From Thermofilaceae archaeon (GTDB lineage Archaea; Thermoproteota; Thermoprotei; Thermofilales; Thermofilaceae): a stretch of DNA of 64,000 bases. Positions 7,892 through 18,514 of this stretch are shown piece after piece. The notes under the pieces were generated by a model. It was not told the DNA's origin. It saw nothing but the letters and a program-made list of their open reading frames with translations, and did not search any database. Both the position numbers and the translations under genes were made by a program. Location: positions 32,001 through 96,000 of the forward strand of contig JAVYWK010000001.1 in assembly GCA_038727095.1 (NCBI GenBank), in the 5' to 3' direction. Positions within the stretch are counted from its first letter, which is position 1. Each line of letters opens with the position of its first letter.

Positions 7892-9112
7892 ATGTCCTAC
7901 GATGGTCTCTGGGTTGGAAGTAGGATCTTCCGGGATGAGAGTAAGCTGCAGGTAGATTACATCCCGAAGAACCTCCCACACAGGGAGGAGCAGTTGAGGC
8001 AGCTGAGGGAGTACTTCAAGCCCTTTCTGGCGAGCCCGGGCTCGGTGTTCGTGCGAGTCATACTCGTGGGCGATGTGGGCACGGGTAAGACGGCTGTGGC
8101 TAAGAAGTTCGGTGAAAGCGTAGACGGTTTGAAGACCCGCGGGGGCGCGGTGATCAGGTACTCCTACGTCAACTGCCACGCTAACCGCTCGTTCTTCTCT
8201 GTGCTCCAGAAGATCGGGAGGGATCTGGGTTTGAACGTGCCCCGGCGCGGCTACTCCAGGGAGGAGCTGCTGTACATGATCTGGAACCACCTCAAGAACG
8301 CCAACAAGTACCTCGTAGTCACGATCGATGAGGCGGATTACATCACCGGGGGTAGGGAGGACACCTTGTACAACTTGACTCGGTTGAGCGAAGTGGTCGG
8401 CGATACCGTCCACAGGGCTGGGATAATGTTCGTCTTCCGCGACCTCCAGTTCCTGATCCTCGACCCCTCGATACAGAGCACGCTGCAGCATAACCTCATC
8501 CGCTTCTACCCCTACACTTCGCAGCAGCTTATGGACATCCTGTGGCGGAGGATTCTCGAGGAGGGTGCCCTGTACGAGTCGGCGGCCAGCGACGAGGTGC
8601 TCGGGATGATCGCGGAGCTCGTGGGATACGATAAGGGTGGTAGAGGGGACGCGAGGCTGGCAATTGAGCTGCTCTATAGAGCGGGGAAGTACGCTGAGAG
8701 CGAGGGGAGGGGCGTTATCGAGCCGGAGGACGTGAGGAGGGCGTACAGCGACATCATGCCGGTCCCCAGGGAGGTTCTCCGGAACCTAAAGCTGGAGGAG
8801 AAGTTGCTCCTACTTGCTCTCGCTAGGCTGCTGCAGCGCAAGAAGTTCGTAAGCAAGATCCCGATGGGGCTGCTGGAGATGGAGTACCAGGAGGTGTGCG
8901 AGGAGTACGGTGTGCCGCCTCGGAGGCATACGACGGTGTGGGAGTACGTGCAAAATCTGAAGAGGATGGGCATAGTATCAGCGGAGCGCTCAGGCAAGGG
9001 GCAGAGGGGGAGGACGACCCTCGTGGGCTTGTCCGCTATCCCCCTGCAGACCTTGGAGCGGGAGCTCATAACGATGGTGAGGGAGGAGATTAGGCACGGC
9101 GCCTCGGCCTAG
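7892..9112 (+). CDS. cdc6: Orc1/Cdc6 replication initiator
   Basis: YIPKNLPHREEQL, Walker A GDVGTGKT, IDEAD, GDARLAI, C-terminal wH GKGQRGRTT. Confidence 0.95.
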   Translation: MSYDGLWVGSRIFRDESKLQVDYIPKNLPHREEQLRQLREYFKPFLASPGSVFVRVILVGDVGTGKTAVAKKFGESVDGLKTRGGAVIRYSYVNCHANRSFFSVLQKIGRDLGLNVPRRGYSREELLYMIWNHLKNANKYLVVTIDEADYITGGREDTLYNLTRLSEVVGDTVHRAGIMFVFRDLQFLILDPSIQSTLQHNLIRFYPYTSQQLMDILWRRILEEGALYESAASDEVLGMIAELVGYDKGGRGDARLAIELLYRAGKYAESEGRGVIEPEDVRRAYSDIMPVPREVLRNLKLEEKLLLLALARLLQRKKFVSKIPMGLLEMEYQEVCEEYGVPPRRHTTVWEYVQNLKRMGIVSAERSGKGQRGRTTLVGLSAIPLQTLERELITMVREEIRHGASA

Positions 9113-10379
9113 AGGGGGCAGCCGGTTTAACCGGGCGACGCTCAACTCCGAGGGCCCTGAAGAGGGCGTCGGGGGGCAGTCCGAGGCTTTCAGCTATCCT
9201 AGAGCCCCGCTCCGGATCGCTCTCGCAGATCAGCTTCAGAAGGGGAGCAACTTCGAGCATAACTGTGCGGACAGACGTGTGGCAGGCGCGAGCGATCGCC
9301 CGGAAAACCCTCAGCTTCTCCTCCCTCTCCTCTCTCGTTGATGCGAGCAGCCTCAGCTTCCTGGGGAACTCGTACTTGACGAACTTGAAGGGGGGCTTAT
9401 CCCGCGCCGATGCCACGCCGACCGTCATCAGATCTAGCGCGTAGGGGAGGAGAGCCCAGGCCTGCCTCCTCTTTATCCGGGCCAGCATGACGTCTGCCTT
9501 CGAAAGCGCGTCGTAAGCGTCGGAGATCGCTGTAAGGCTGGGTGAGTACTGATGCGGGATGTTCTCGTTGAGCCAGAGCATCAGCATCTCGTAATCGAGG
9601 GAGGGCATGCTGAGGACGGAGCGGGCTGCTTCAGGGCGCTTAGTGGTCAAGACGGAGCGCACGACCTCAAACATGTTCAGCTGCTTGGCGCGGTAGCCGA
9701 GGATTTCAAGATCCTCCAGCTTCACGCTCCTCCGCCCCTCAGCTATCGACTGGAGGTCGTTGATGGCGGCCCTCAGATCGCCCTCGCTGTTCTCGGCGAT
9801 GGCGTCGAGGACGGCCGGGTCGCACTCGACACTCTCCCTCTTGCAGATCTCGCTAAGGACCTTCATCACGTCCCGCTTGCCGAGCTTCCTGAACTCCACC
9901 ATCTCGCAGTAGTTCCTGAGCTCTCGCAGCTTGGGATCCCAAGGGTCGTTAGCCGTCAGCACCACGGGATGACGCGACCTCTGGATGATCTCAAAGATCG
10001 TTTCAAGCCCGCCTCTATCCGCTCGCGGGTCGATACCGTCCACCTCGTCAAGGAGGATTACCTTACCTCTAGCGCCAGCTAAGGTCCCCTCCATGGCTGC
10101 CTTGAGAACCTTCCTCTGCAGTGCTTCAGAGGTTCTCACGTCGCTGGCGTTCACCTCGATCAATTCTAACCCCAGCTGGTTGGCAGCCGCTTGGACGAGG
10201 CTGGTCTTGCCGCAGCCTGGCGGGCCGTAGAGGAGGATCGCCTTCTTATCGGGAGGGTTTCCCGCCAGCCACCTATTAAGCCAAGCGACGAAAGCCTTCT
10301 TAGCCTCGGGGTTGCCGACGACGTCGTCGATCTTCCTCGGCCTGTACTTCTCAACCCAGAGGCCAACTCTAGCGGACAT
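9090..10379 (-). CDS. rfcL: Replication factor C large subunit
   Basis: WVEKYRP, GPPGCGKT, NASD, DEVD, GDLRAAINDLQ. Confidence 0.95.
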   Translation of the reverse strand: MSARVGLWVEKYRPRKIDDVVGNPEAKKAFVAWLNRWLAGNPPDKKAILLYGPPGCGKTSLVQAAANQLGLELIEVNASDVRTSEALQRKVLKAAMEGTLAGARGKVILLDEVDGIDPRADRGGLETIFEIIQRSRHPVVLTANDPWDPKLRELRNYCEMVEFRKLGKRDVMKVLSEICKRESVECDPAVLDAIAENSEGDLRAAINDLQSIAEGRRSVKLEDLEILGYRAKQLNMFEVVRSVLTTKRPEAARSVLSMPSLDYEMLMLWLNENIPHQYSPSLTAISDAYDALSKADVMLARIKRRQAWALLPYALDLMTVGVASARDKPPFKFVKYEFPRKLRLLASTREEREEKLRVFRAIARACHTSVRTVMLEVAPLLKLICESDPERGSRIAESLGLPPDALFRALGVERRPVKPAAPSRPRRRA

Positions 10380-11364
10380 TATAGGCTCCCTTTCCCACTA
10401 GCGCTAGCTTAGCCAGAAGGGCGTTTAGCTGGATCTCGTCGTCCGCGCCCTCAACGAGCCTGTAGTTGACCTCCCCTATGAGCTCCATTACTTCGAGGCG
10501 CGATTTGTCGTCCAGATCCAAGCCCCCTCTAGCCGATGTCACCTCTCTGTAGATGAGTTTAACAACGTCGACGCCTGAGAGCCCGTAAGAGTATAGCAGA
10601 ATCCTCAGCCTCTCCCGCGCCGCGAGGAAGTCCCCGGAGATCGCCAGCTTGAGCATTTCCCGCACCTCAGTGGGCGTCACCTTCCCAATAGCCTTGTAGA
10701 CCGTATCCGCGTCAACCAGGCTGGCTACGGCTGCCGCCGCTTGTAGGGTATTGATGGCTTTCCTCATGTCGCCAGCGCTCTCCTCCCAGATTGCTTCGAG
10801 GCCCTCTGGCGTCACCTTCACCCCCTCCCTCTCAGCGATGTAGCTGAGCCGGCCGATGAAGTCCTCCTTGGGTATCGGCTGGAACCTGAAGATCGCGCAC
10901 CTCGACTGTATCGGCTCAATGATCTTCGAGGCGTAGTTAGCGATCAGGATGAAACGGGCCGTCCTGGAGAAGAGCTCCATCGTGCGCCTCAACGCCTGCT
11001 GAGCGTCGCCCGTCATGTTGTCCGCCTCGTCGAGGATTATCAGCTTGTAGGGGACCTCGCCGATCGGCATTGTTCTCGCGTAATCCTTGATGCGCGTCCT
11101 GATCACATCTATACCCCTCTCGTCTGAAGCGTTCAGCTCCAGGGTATTATCACGCCAGTACTCTCCGTACAGCTCGTACGCCACGCAGAGCGCGGCAGTC
11201 GTTTTACCCGTGCCAGGGGGTCCAACGAAGAGAAGGTGCGGTATGTTCTTGTCCTTCACGAACTCCTTCAGCCTCGCAACGATCTCCCTCTGATCTACCA
11301 TCTCGTCCAATCTGCGTGGCCTGTACTTCTCCACCCAAAGCTGGAGAGCTTGATCAATGCTCAT
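10369..11364 (-). CDS. rfcS: Replication factor C small subunit (no intein)
   Basis: WVEKYRP, GPPGTGKTT, ELNASDERG, DEAD, IQSRC. Confidence 0.97.
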   Translation of the reverse strand: MSIDQALQLWVEKYRPRRLDEMVDQREIVARLKEFVKDKNIPHLLFVGPPGTGKTTAALCVAYELYGEYWRDNTLELNASDERGIDVIRTRIKDYARTMPIGEVPYKLIILDEADNMTGDAQQALRRTMELFSRTARFILIANYASKIIEPIQSRCAIFRFQPIPKEDFIGRLSYIAEREGVKVTPEGLEAIWEESAGDMRKAINTLQAAAAVASLVDADTVYKAIGKVTPTEVREMLKLAISGDFLAARERLRILLYSYGLSGVDVVKLIYREVTSARGGLDLDDKSRLEVMELIGEVNYRLVEGADDEIQLNALLAKLALVGKGAYNVR

Positions 11365-11464
11365 AGCCTAATCGCACCAAATTACTGGCTGGAGATTATA
11401 TAGGTAGCTTTGAGTCAGACTGACCCTTAGTGAGGAAACTTAAAAATTAGGCCGCTATCTAGGG

Positions 11465-11707
11465 TTGAGACTCTTGAAGAGGCCGGTGCTAGCGTTCGTG
11501 TTGGCGACGATAAGGACGGGCATGGAGTACGACGTAGTGTTCAAAGTTAAGGAGATTAAGGGCGTTAAGGAGGCTTACATCACATACGGTGCTTGGGATG
11601 CCGTGATAATAGTGGAGGTTGATTCGCTTAGCGAGCTCGATAAGGTTGTAACAATGATCCGCGGTATCCCGGGTATCGAGTACACAACGACGTTGGTGGG
11701 AGTTTGA
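11465..11707 (+). CDS. Stand-alone Lrp/AsnC ligand-binding (RAM) domain protein
   Basis: GVKEAYITYGAWDAVIIVE...TTTLV. Confidence 0.85.
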   Translation: MRLLKRPVLAFVLATIRTGMEYDVVFKVKEIKGVKEAYITYGAWDAVIIVEVDSLSELDKVVTMIRGIPGIEYTTTLVGV

Positions 11708-12462
11708 ACGTACAAAGGCTGAAGGCTCTCGGGCGCTTAGCGCGCGCCTTCGCGAAAGCCCTCGCAAGGGCTGGCAGGAGAACAGCCCAGATGTACCTCG
11801 AGCCTTTCAAGCTTGTTGAGGAAGTGAAGTTTTCGCCGGACGCTTCCGGACCAGCCATACTCCTCTCCATCACTTTCGCGATTCAGACCCTCATCGCCGC
11901 TCAGCTGGTGACCGGCGTCACGATCGTCACGAACGGCACGAGGGAATCGCTGCTCGACATGTTTTACTCGAACATCGCGGGCTACGTCTCGATGAGAGCC
12001 GCCACACTCTTTGTCTTCTGGTTCATACTCTTCGTCATCTACTGGTTCATAATGTACCTCTTTGGCTCAAGGATCGAGGGGTTTACTGTATTCTCCGCGA
12101 CAGGTTACATCCTCTCTTCTCAGCTCCTAGCGTTCTCCGTGTACTTTGCATCTTACGTGATCGCTTCACGAATCGTTCCCGCTGTAGAACTCGTAAGCCA
12201 GCCTGGCGCTTACCCGAGGCTTCTCGCTTTAACGGCCTACCTGTACAGGCTAGATCTCACCTCCTCGCACATCGGCATCCCCCTACGGTACCTTCTCGAT
12301 GCTATGAGCTACTTTGGAACGATATGGAACATGGTTCTCACGCTCCTAACCTTCAAGATAATCGGCGATCTAAGCTGGAAGAAATCGATTGCTGGTACGG
12401 CAGCAGCGATGGCAGTATCCTGGCTTCTCGCCAGCTTATTCAGAGCCGCGGGAATGCTGTAG
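11704..12462 (+). CDS. Yip1-like multi-pass membrane protein
   Basis: About 5 hydrophobic helices, LSWKKSI motif near the C-terminus. Confidence 0.6.
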   Translation: MNVQRLKALGRLARAFAKALARAGRRTAQMYLEPFKLVEEVKFSPDASGPAILLSITFAIQTLIAAQLVTGVTIVTNGTRESLLDMFYSNIAGYVSMRAATLFVFWFILFVIYWFIMYLFGSRIEGFTVFSATGYILSSQLLAFSVYFASYVIASRIVPAVELVSQPGAYPRLLALTAYLYRLDLTSSHIGIPLRYLLDAMSYFGTIWNMVLTLLTFKIIGDLSWKKSIAGTAAAMAVSWLLASLFRAAGML

Positions 12463-12539
12463 GATTCACGTAGCACAATTCAAAGAGCGCGGGCTCGGAG
12501 TGAGGGATCGAGAGCTCCAGGCTTAATAGATCAAGGTTG

Positions 12540-13814
12540 CTAGCCGAGTATTCTACCGTACCCTATGAGCCTCCACCGCCCCTCGATCTGGCGGCTTATG
12601 GCAACTGTTGCTCTGGGGAGCGCTGAGACAGGTGATCTCAACGAGAGAGATGCTGTACCACCTTTGGCTGCGGTTACGATGCCGACTGTGACCGCCGTCC
12701 CCACGTTGAGCATGAGGGGTTCACCCCTCCTAAGCTGCTCTACGCGGATCTCTCTCTCGAAACCTACGATGCGTTCCATGAGCTGGTACTCAACCTCCAG
12801 CTGGTTGTACACGGGTGGGGTTTCTCCCGGGCGCCCTACCACGCATCCCATGAGATTATCCCCTTTCGTCATGCTGGGATCTAGCTTCGTCCCTACGCCT
12901 ATCAACCCTCCAGGGTAGGCTACGTCCAATTCCTCCTCACCAGACCTTAAGCTGGTTATCTCGGTGATAACCGGCTCGTACCTCACCTCTCCCCTACGCA
13001 CCTGTACCTTGACGCCGGGCTTGATCTCGATCTCGTCGCCCACTTCGAACTTGCCCTGGATTACCATCCCACCGATCACACCCCCTCTGATCTCCTCCAC
13101 GGATGTCCCAGGCTTGTTCACGTCGAAACTCCTTGCAACGAGCATGAGCGGTGGCCTACTCAGGTCCCTAGAGGGGGTGGGGATGTACTTCTCGATAGCC
13201 CAGATCAGAGCGTCGATGTTGACCCGGTGCAGCGCCGAGACGGGGATGATCGGTGCCTTCTCAGCCCACGTACCGGTGAGAAACTCCCTGATCTCCTCGT
13301 AGTTCTCCTTGGCTCTCTCCTTCGGCACGATGTCTATCTTGTTCTGCACCACGATCAGGTTCCGAACGCCCGCCATCGTTAGAGCCATGAAGTGCTCCTT
13401 CGTCTGTGGCCTGGGACAGGGTTGCGACGAATCGGTTACTAGTAGAACCCCATCCATCAGCGCTGTACCGGCCAGCATAATGGCCATGAGCATCTCGTGG
13501 CCCGGGACATCGACAAAGGAGATCTTCCTGACCGGGACCAGCTCGCTCCCGCAGTACTTACACTTGCCATTCTGTGGGGCTGTCACAGAGGTGTAGTACG
13601 CCTGCGGCGGTGGGCAGGAGGGGCACTTCAGGATGGTGGTGTCAGCGTAGCCTAGCTTTATCGTTATACCCCTCTTCAACTCCTCCGAGTACCTGGAGGT
13701 CCAAACTCCCGTTAAGGCTTCGACTAGCGTCGTCTTACCGTGATCCACATGGCCGGCAGTCCCTATGTTAACCAGAGGTTGACGAAGCTCCACTCCCCTC
13801 TCCAACTTCATCAC
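12540..13814 (-). CDS. eif2g: Translation initiation factor aIF2 gamma
   Basis: GHVDHGKT, RGITIKLGY, Zn knuckle, NKID, RWRLIGYG. Confidence 0.97.
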   Translation of the reverse strand: MMKLERGVELRQPLVNIGTAGHVDHGKTTLVEALTGVWTSRYSEELKRGITIKLGYADTTILKCPSCPPPQAYYTSVTAPQNGKCKYCGSELVPVRKISFVDVPGHEMLMAIMLAGTALMDGVLLVTDSSQPCPRPQTKEHFMALTMAGVRNLIVVQNKIDIVPKERAKENYEEIREFLTGTWAEKAPIIPVSALHRVNIDALIWAIEKYIPTPSRDLSRPPLMLVARSFDVNKPGTSVEEIRGGVIGGMVIQGKFEVGDEIEIKPGVKVQVRRGEVRYEPVITEITSLRSGEEELDVAYPGGLIGVGTKLDPSMTKGDNLMGCVVGRPGETPPVYNQLEVEYQLMERIVGFEREIRVEQLRRGEPLMLNVGTAVTVGIVTAAKGGTASLSLRSPVSALPRATVAISRQIEGRWRLIGYGRILG

Positions 13815-14160
13815 CGCCTTCGACGATTATCGTGTTTATCTGGACTATATCCTCTGTGATCATGTTACCGCGAACGAATTTACGCCTTCTCTCGCCCTTA
13901 TCCTTCGGGTGGTAGCCTGGCGGCCGTGAAAGCAGAAGGTAGCGCTTCACTCCACCCGGTAGGAAGGGCAGCATCGGTTCTCCGGCTTTCCCCGAACCGC
14001 CGGTGATCTTTAGCTTCAAACCGGGTTTTCCCACTATACTACCGTCGAAAACGTCGCCGATGCGAAGGCCTATCAGCCTGGCCGCGTTCTGCCCCGTAAC
14101 CTCTACCTGCTCCGAGCGCCCAGTTTTCGGATTCGCTATAACGACCTTGAACGAGACCAT
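13768..14160 (-). CDS. rps6e: Ribosomal protein S6e
   Basis: LKITGG...GERRRKFVRGN...QIN. Confidence 0.95.
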   Translation of the reverse strand: MVSFKVVIANPKTGRSEQVEVTGQNAARLIGLRIGDVFDGSIVGKPGLKLKITGGSGKAGEPMLPFLPGGVKRYLLLSRPPGYHPKDKGERRRKFVRGNMITEDIVQINTIIVEGGDEVGEGSGASSTSG

Positions 14161-14207
14161 CGGCAGACTGCCCCTTTAATGGTATTTGAAATTTTGCTGG
14201 CGATTGG

Positions 14208-16001
14208 CTAGGGAGGCAGCACCTCCAAGAAGCCTAGTTTGAAGGCCCGGAGGCTCTTCAGGAGAGCAACCTCCTCTTCGCTCAAATCGCCTGCGAACTT
14301 CTCGAGCAGCTTGTTGATGTGCTCGAGGGGAACGTCCACGTAGAGGATATCACCCTCCTTAACCTGCCTCCCGATGATGACTTTCCCCCGGATCGAGACC
14401 GCAACTTCCTGTCCTTTGACCGCTTCATCGACCGGCTTCCTCTGCACTTGTATCTGCATGACCTCACCCGCCTCCCGGCCCTCCCTCGTTATGAGGGGAG
14501 AGCCTCGGCGCACTCTACCTGCAAGGACTTTTACTCCCACGATCGCCGGGTCACTCCTCCTGAACACGTAGCCGGGGAGGATCTGGATCTTCCCGGGAAG
14601 AATCAGCCTACCGAGCTCCGCCCTCTTCTCGCTCTCTCTCTCGCTCTCGTACCATTTCAGGTACTCCTCGAACAGCTGGTAAATCACGTTGCTTTGGAAG
14701 ATTCGTAGGCCCCGAGCCTTCGCTTCAACCTCGCCCTCCTCTGTGACCTTTACGTTGAAGGCCAAGATAACCGCTCTCAATCTATCAGTGTTCTTGACGA
14801 TTTCGGCCTCTACCACGTCACGCTTTACGACCGGCCCCACGTCCGCATACCTGACTGGTACATCGAACCTACGCAGGTAACTGACGAGGGCTTCCAGCGT
14901 CCCCAGCGTATCCGCCTTGACGACGACACCCACAGTGTCCCGCGCAACCCTGACGGACTTTACCTCCTCCTCAACTTCACTAACTAATTTTTTCACTTCC
15001 TCATCTGTAGGGGCGGCTAAAAACGGGGCACCGGGGATAGCTCCATCGAGGTCTGGAGCGGCCACAAGCACTCCCGCGGCCGCTCTCACCTCATCCATCA
15101 GGTAGAAGCGATCCTCTGGCGACCTCATCTCGTCAAGCGGCTTAGGCATGAGGATCGCTCTAACTCGCGTCACAATCGTCTTCTCCATGCCCCCTACGAC
15201 AACGGTATCCCCCTTCCTTAGAACACCATCGTACAGGATCACAGCCACGGTGGTCCCCAGACCGGGCGTCTCCTTCACTTCGAGCACTACCCCCTTTGCC
15301 GGGCCTTCTGCTACGTGGAGCCGGTTAATCAAGTACCTCTGGGCAAGCCCTGCCAGAACCAGCATCAAGTCAGCTATGCCCTCGCCCGTAAGCGCGCTGA
15401 TAGGGACGATCGCGACAGTCCTCGTGAAATCCCTGACCCTGTCGTACCTATCCGCCATGAAGCCCTCCCTGTTTAGATCAACGATCAAGGCTGCGAGGAG
15501 CTCTTCGAGCTTCATTTGCACGTCGGGATCCTGCAGCGCGAAGCTCTGGACGAACGAGGCTCCAGGGTGGGGCTCCCAGCCGGGGATCCTATCAATCTTG
15601 TTGGCTGCGACGATGAATGGCACGCGCCTTGACTTCAGCAGCTCAATCGCCTCGTAGGTCTGCTTCTCAAAGCCCCTGTTTACGTCCACGACGAGAATCG
15701 CAAGGTCAGCTACGCTACCACCCCGGCGCCGGAGGTTCGAGAAGGCCTCGTGGCCGGGCGTGTCTATAACGAGGAAGCCCGGTATCTTAACCGTTGCGCG
15801 GAGCTGCTTGGTGAGCGGAGCACACATGCTCTCGAGCGCGCTCCACGGTAGGTACGATGCTCCGATGTGCTGCGTCATAGTCCCCGGCTCCCTCCTCGCG
15901 ACAGCTGTTCCCCTTATCTTATCCAACAATGTCGTCTTCCCAACATCTACGTGACCCAGTACTACTAGGATTGGGGACCGCACATGCACTGCTTCCTGCA
16001 C
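14208..16001 (-). CDS. infB: Translation initiation factor aIF5B (IF2)
   Basis: GHVDVGKTT, TQHIGA, DTPGHEAF, KADTLGTLEAL. Confidence 0.97.
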   Translation of the reverse strand: MQEAVHVRSPILVVLGHVDVGKTTLLDKIRGTAVARREPGTMTQHIGASYLPWSALESMCAPLTKQLRATVKIPGFLVIDTPGHEAFSNLRRRGGSVADLAILVVDVNRGFEKQTYEAIELLKSRRVPFIVAANKIDRIPGWEPHPGASFVQSFALQDPDVQMKLEELLAALIVDLNREGFMADRYDRVRDFTRTVAIVPISALTGEGIADLMLVLAGLAQRYLINRLHVAEGPAKGVVLEVKETPGLGTTVAVILYDGVLRKGDTVVVGGMEKTIVTRVRAILMPKPLDEMRSPEDRFYLMDEVRAAAGVLVAAPDLDGAIPGAPFLAAPTDEEVKKLVSEVEEEVKSVRVARDTVGVVVKADTLGTLEALVSYLRRFDVPVRYADVGPVVKRDVVEAEIVKNTDRLRAVILAFNVKVTEEGEVEAKARGLRIFQSNVIYQLFEEYLKWYESERESEKRAELGRLILPGKIQILPGYVFRRSDPAIVGVKVLAGRVRRGSPLITREGREAGEVMQIQVQRKPVDEAVKGQEVAVSIRGKVIIGRQVKEGDILYVDVPLEHINKLLEKFAGDLSEEEVALLKSLRAFKLGFLEVLPP

Positions 16002-16065
16002 ATGACCACCGATCTCACGAGTCCCGGCAGCTTAATATTTATATGGGGCCGTACGCGCATGCTCC

Positions 16066-16121
16066 GCAAGTGATGACGAAGAGACGATTGGACCGGTGAT
16101 ATGATCTGTCTCGGCTGACCA
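16066..16121 (+). ncRNA. C/D-box sRNA guiding 23S peptidyl-transferase-region methylation
   Basis: C box GTGATGA (16070), D CTGA (16115). Guides GAAGAGACGA and GATCTGTCTCG match 36635-36644 and 36544-36554 (one G-U). TTTATA upstream. Confidence 0.85.
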
Positions 16122-16521
16122 GCAACCTTCATCCCCCTTCTCTTCTCCCGCGTGATACGGGCCCCACAACTGCCGCAGAGGCGAATCAACTCTTAAATGG
16201 CAGGATCGCTCCTCGACACCCCTTCATCGTGTAGCCTAACTTTGGAGGAGCAATTGGGAACAACGGAGGCTTTACGCTTAGGTAGTAGCTGTCGACCGTG
16301 CCGCTCCTTAAAATTTACCAATCGGTGGGTTGCATTTACGACTAGGGTCAATCACCACATCGGTCTTTTCTCTCTCCTTGAGTATCGTATCATAAGGCCT
16401 CGCGGCGGCAGAGATGCTCTCACGACAAAGGCTTACCCTACTTTTCGAGAGCTTTCGTTCACGCTTAGCTAAAACGTTCAGCTAAAAGACAATATTTTGA
16501 GCTCAGCTGCTCAGTAGCTAC

Positions 16522-17268
16522 GTGCACCTCAACAACGTGTCAGTAGCGTTCGTTGAACCCCTTTACGAGATCAACGTGGGTTACGTAGCTCGATGCATGA
16601 AGAACTTCGGGTTGACAAAGCTGATCCTCGTGAAACCTAGGTGCCGCATCGGCGATGAAGCCCACCGCTTCTCTGCTCACGCTCAAGATGTCCTCGTAAG
16701 CGCTCGCATAGCCGATAGCCTCGCCGAGCTGAGGGAAGAGTTCGACCTCATCGTAGGCACCACCGGCGTCGCTACGAAGGATTTCGACCTCGTCCGCCGC
16801 TGGGTCCCCCCCGATCAGCTCGCTAGGAGAGTAGCTGAGCAGGAGGGGACGATCCTCCTCGTGCTGGGGAGAGAGGACATAGGCCTTACGAACGAGGAGC
16901 TCTCCCTCTGCGATATCGTTTCGATCATCCCGGCCAATCCCGAGTACCCGATAATGAACGTGTCCCACGCGGCCGCAGTCTTCTTCTACGAGATCTACAA
17001 GCAGATGGCCCAGACAGCCCCGGCGTGGCAGCGGGAGAGGATGCCTAGAAGGGAGGAGCTGGAGGTACTCCTACGGTACCTCAAGCTGCTCCTCCTTGAG
17101 CTGGGGGAAAGGGAGGATCGGGCTGAGAGAGCGTGCCTCATGATGAAAAGGCTTCTCGGCGGCGCGACCCCCACTGACGCCGACGTTAGGATGCTACTCG
17201 GCGCATTGAGAGGAGCGTACGAGCGCATACAAGCGCTCAAGGCCTCGGAGCGCCCACAAAGCATATAA
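16522..17268 (+). CDS. trmJ: TrmJ-type SPOUT tRNA methyltransferase
   Basis: NVGYVARCMKNFG, LGREDIGL, YPIMNVSHA. Confidence 0.9.
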   Translation: MHLNNVSVAFVEPLYEINVGYVARCMKNFGLTKLILVKPRCRIGDEAHRFSAHAQDVLVSARIADSLAELREEFDLIVGTTGVATKDFDLVRRWVPPDQLARRVAEQEGTILLVLGREDIGLTNEELSLCDIVSIIPANPEYPIMNVSHAAAVFFYEIYKQMAQTAPAWQRERMPRREELEVLLRYLKLLLLELGEREDRAERACLMMKRLLGGATPTDADVRMLLGALRGAYERIQALKASERPQSI

Positions 17269-17298
17269 CCGATAAAAGCTCGAGCAGGGAGAGCAACC

Positions 17299-17829
17299 AT
17301 GCCGCTTAGACCCGGAAGGTGCTACAGGAGGTTCGACACTCCACCCTACACCAGGCTAGAGTACATCAAGAGCATACCGCCCGTCACAATACCGAAGTTC
17401 GAGTTGGGCAACCCGAAAGGTGAGTTCGAGTATACGTTGAAGCTCGTGGCTATGAAGCCCGGACAGATCAGGCAGAACGCTCTGGAGGCGGCGAGGCAGA
17501 TAGCCAACAAGTACCTGTCCACGAAGCTGGGCGAGCAGAGCTACTTCATGAAGATAGTGGTTTTCCCCCACCACATAATTCGGGAGAACAAGATGATGGC
17601 CATGGCCGGGGCCGACCGTCTCCAGGACGGCATGCGCCTCTCCTTCGGCACGCCGATCGGTAGAGCGGCGAGAGTAGATGCGGGGCAAGCCATACTAATG
17701 GTGAAGGTCAACAAGAGCGGCCTCGAGCACGCGAGAGAAGCTCTACGCAGAGCATCGTCCAAGATCTCGCTGCCCTGCAGGGTTGAGATCGAAGCTAGGG
17801 GGCGCACGAGTGAAGGCGCTGCACTCTGA
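17299..17829 (+). CDS. rpl10e: Ribosomal protein L10e (uL16)
   Basis: RPGRCYR, AGADRLQDGMR. Confidence 0.97.
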   Translation: MPLRPGRCYRRFDTPPYTRLEYIKSIPPVTIPKFELGNPKGEFEYTLKLVAMKPGQIRQNALEAARQIANKYLSTKLGEQSYFMKIVVFPHHIIRENKMMAMAGADRLQDGMRLSFGTPIGRAARVDAGQAILMVKVNKSGLEHAREALRRASSKISLPCRVEIEARGRTSEGAAL

Positions 17830-18514
17830 ACGAATCAACGCCTGCCTCGACCTCATCTCTAAAGCCCTCCGGGGCGAGCTCCACTCGAGGGAGGATCTAG
17901 TCCTCGAGCTCGAGAGAATCTACGGTCAGAGGGGCGTCGAGCCGATAAGGGGTCGCACCAAGATCAACATCTTCGATAAGGAGGTTTGCACCGTCTACGT
18001 TGTCGCGAAGTACGGGCTGGGCCTCGACCCTGATGAGTACAAGGACTTCTACGAGAAGTTCCTCAACGTAGAGCTGAGGGCTGAGCGAGCTGCTGAGCGC
18101 TTACTCGCCGGTGAGGGTGAGAGGGCAGTCGCAGAGGAGATGGGGGTTGCGGATGAAAACGCGGTGTTCCGAATCGCCAGGCTGGAGGCGACGGCCGTCC
18201 TGATGGGGTTCAAGTCCGAAGAGCGGCTTTCCACCCTTCTTGCTAGACTCGAGGAGGCTTTCCCCCAGCTTACGCAGAAGATCCAGGGCTTCAAAAGGTT
18301 CTTCATCGCATTCGCCGTGGCACAGGCCATAGCCGTCGGCAAAGTGACAACGAGGTTTGAGAAGGAGACGTTGAAGCACGCGCTCTGCATCAAGCTCAAT
18401 GCATCAAAGGCGGCCCCCTCAGACGATTTGATCGGGGACATCGCCATCAACGTTTTAGGTGCTAGCGAGAGGCTTGTCTACAATGCGCTCACCTTAAAAC
18501 ACCAACCCTATTGA
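17810..18514 (+). CDS. Conserved crenarchaeal protein (DUF2192-like)
   Basis: PIRG...FDKEVCTVYVVAKYGLG. Confidence 0.7.
   Translation: MKALHSERINACLDLISKALRGELHSREDLVLELERIYGQRGVEPIRGRTKINIFDKEVCTVYVVAKYGLGLDPDEYKDFYEKFLNVELRAERAAERLLAGEGERAVAEEMGVADENAVFRIARLEATAVLMGFKSEERLSTLLARLEEAFPQLTQKIQGFKRFFIAFAVAQAIAVGKVTTRFEKETLKHALCIKLNASKAAPSDDLIGDIAINVLGASERLVYNALTLKHQPY

Noticed and set aside
16197-16472. 91-aa ORF upstream of trmJ
   Set aside because: No motif and atypical composition; the region stays unexplained.
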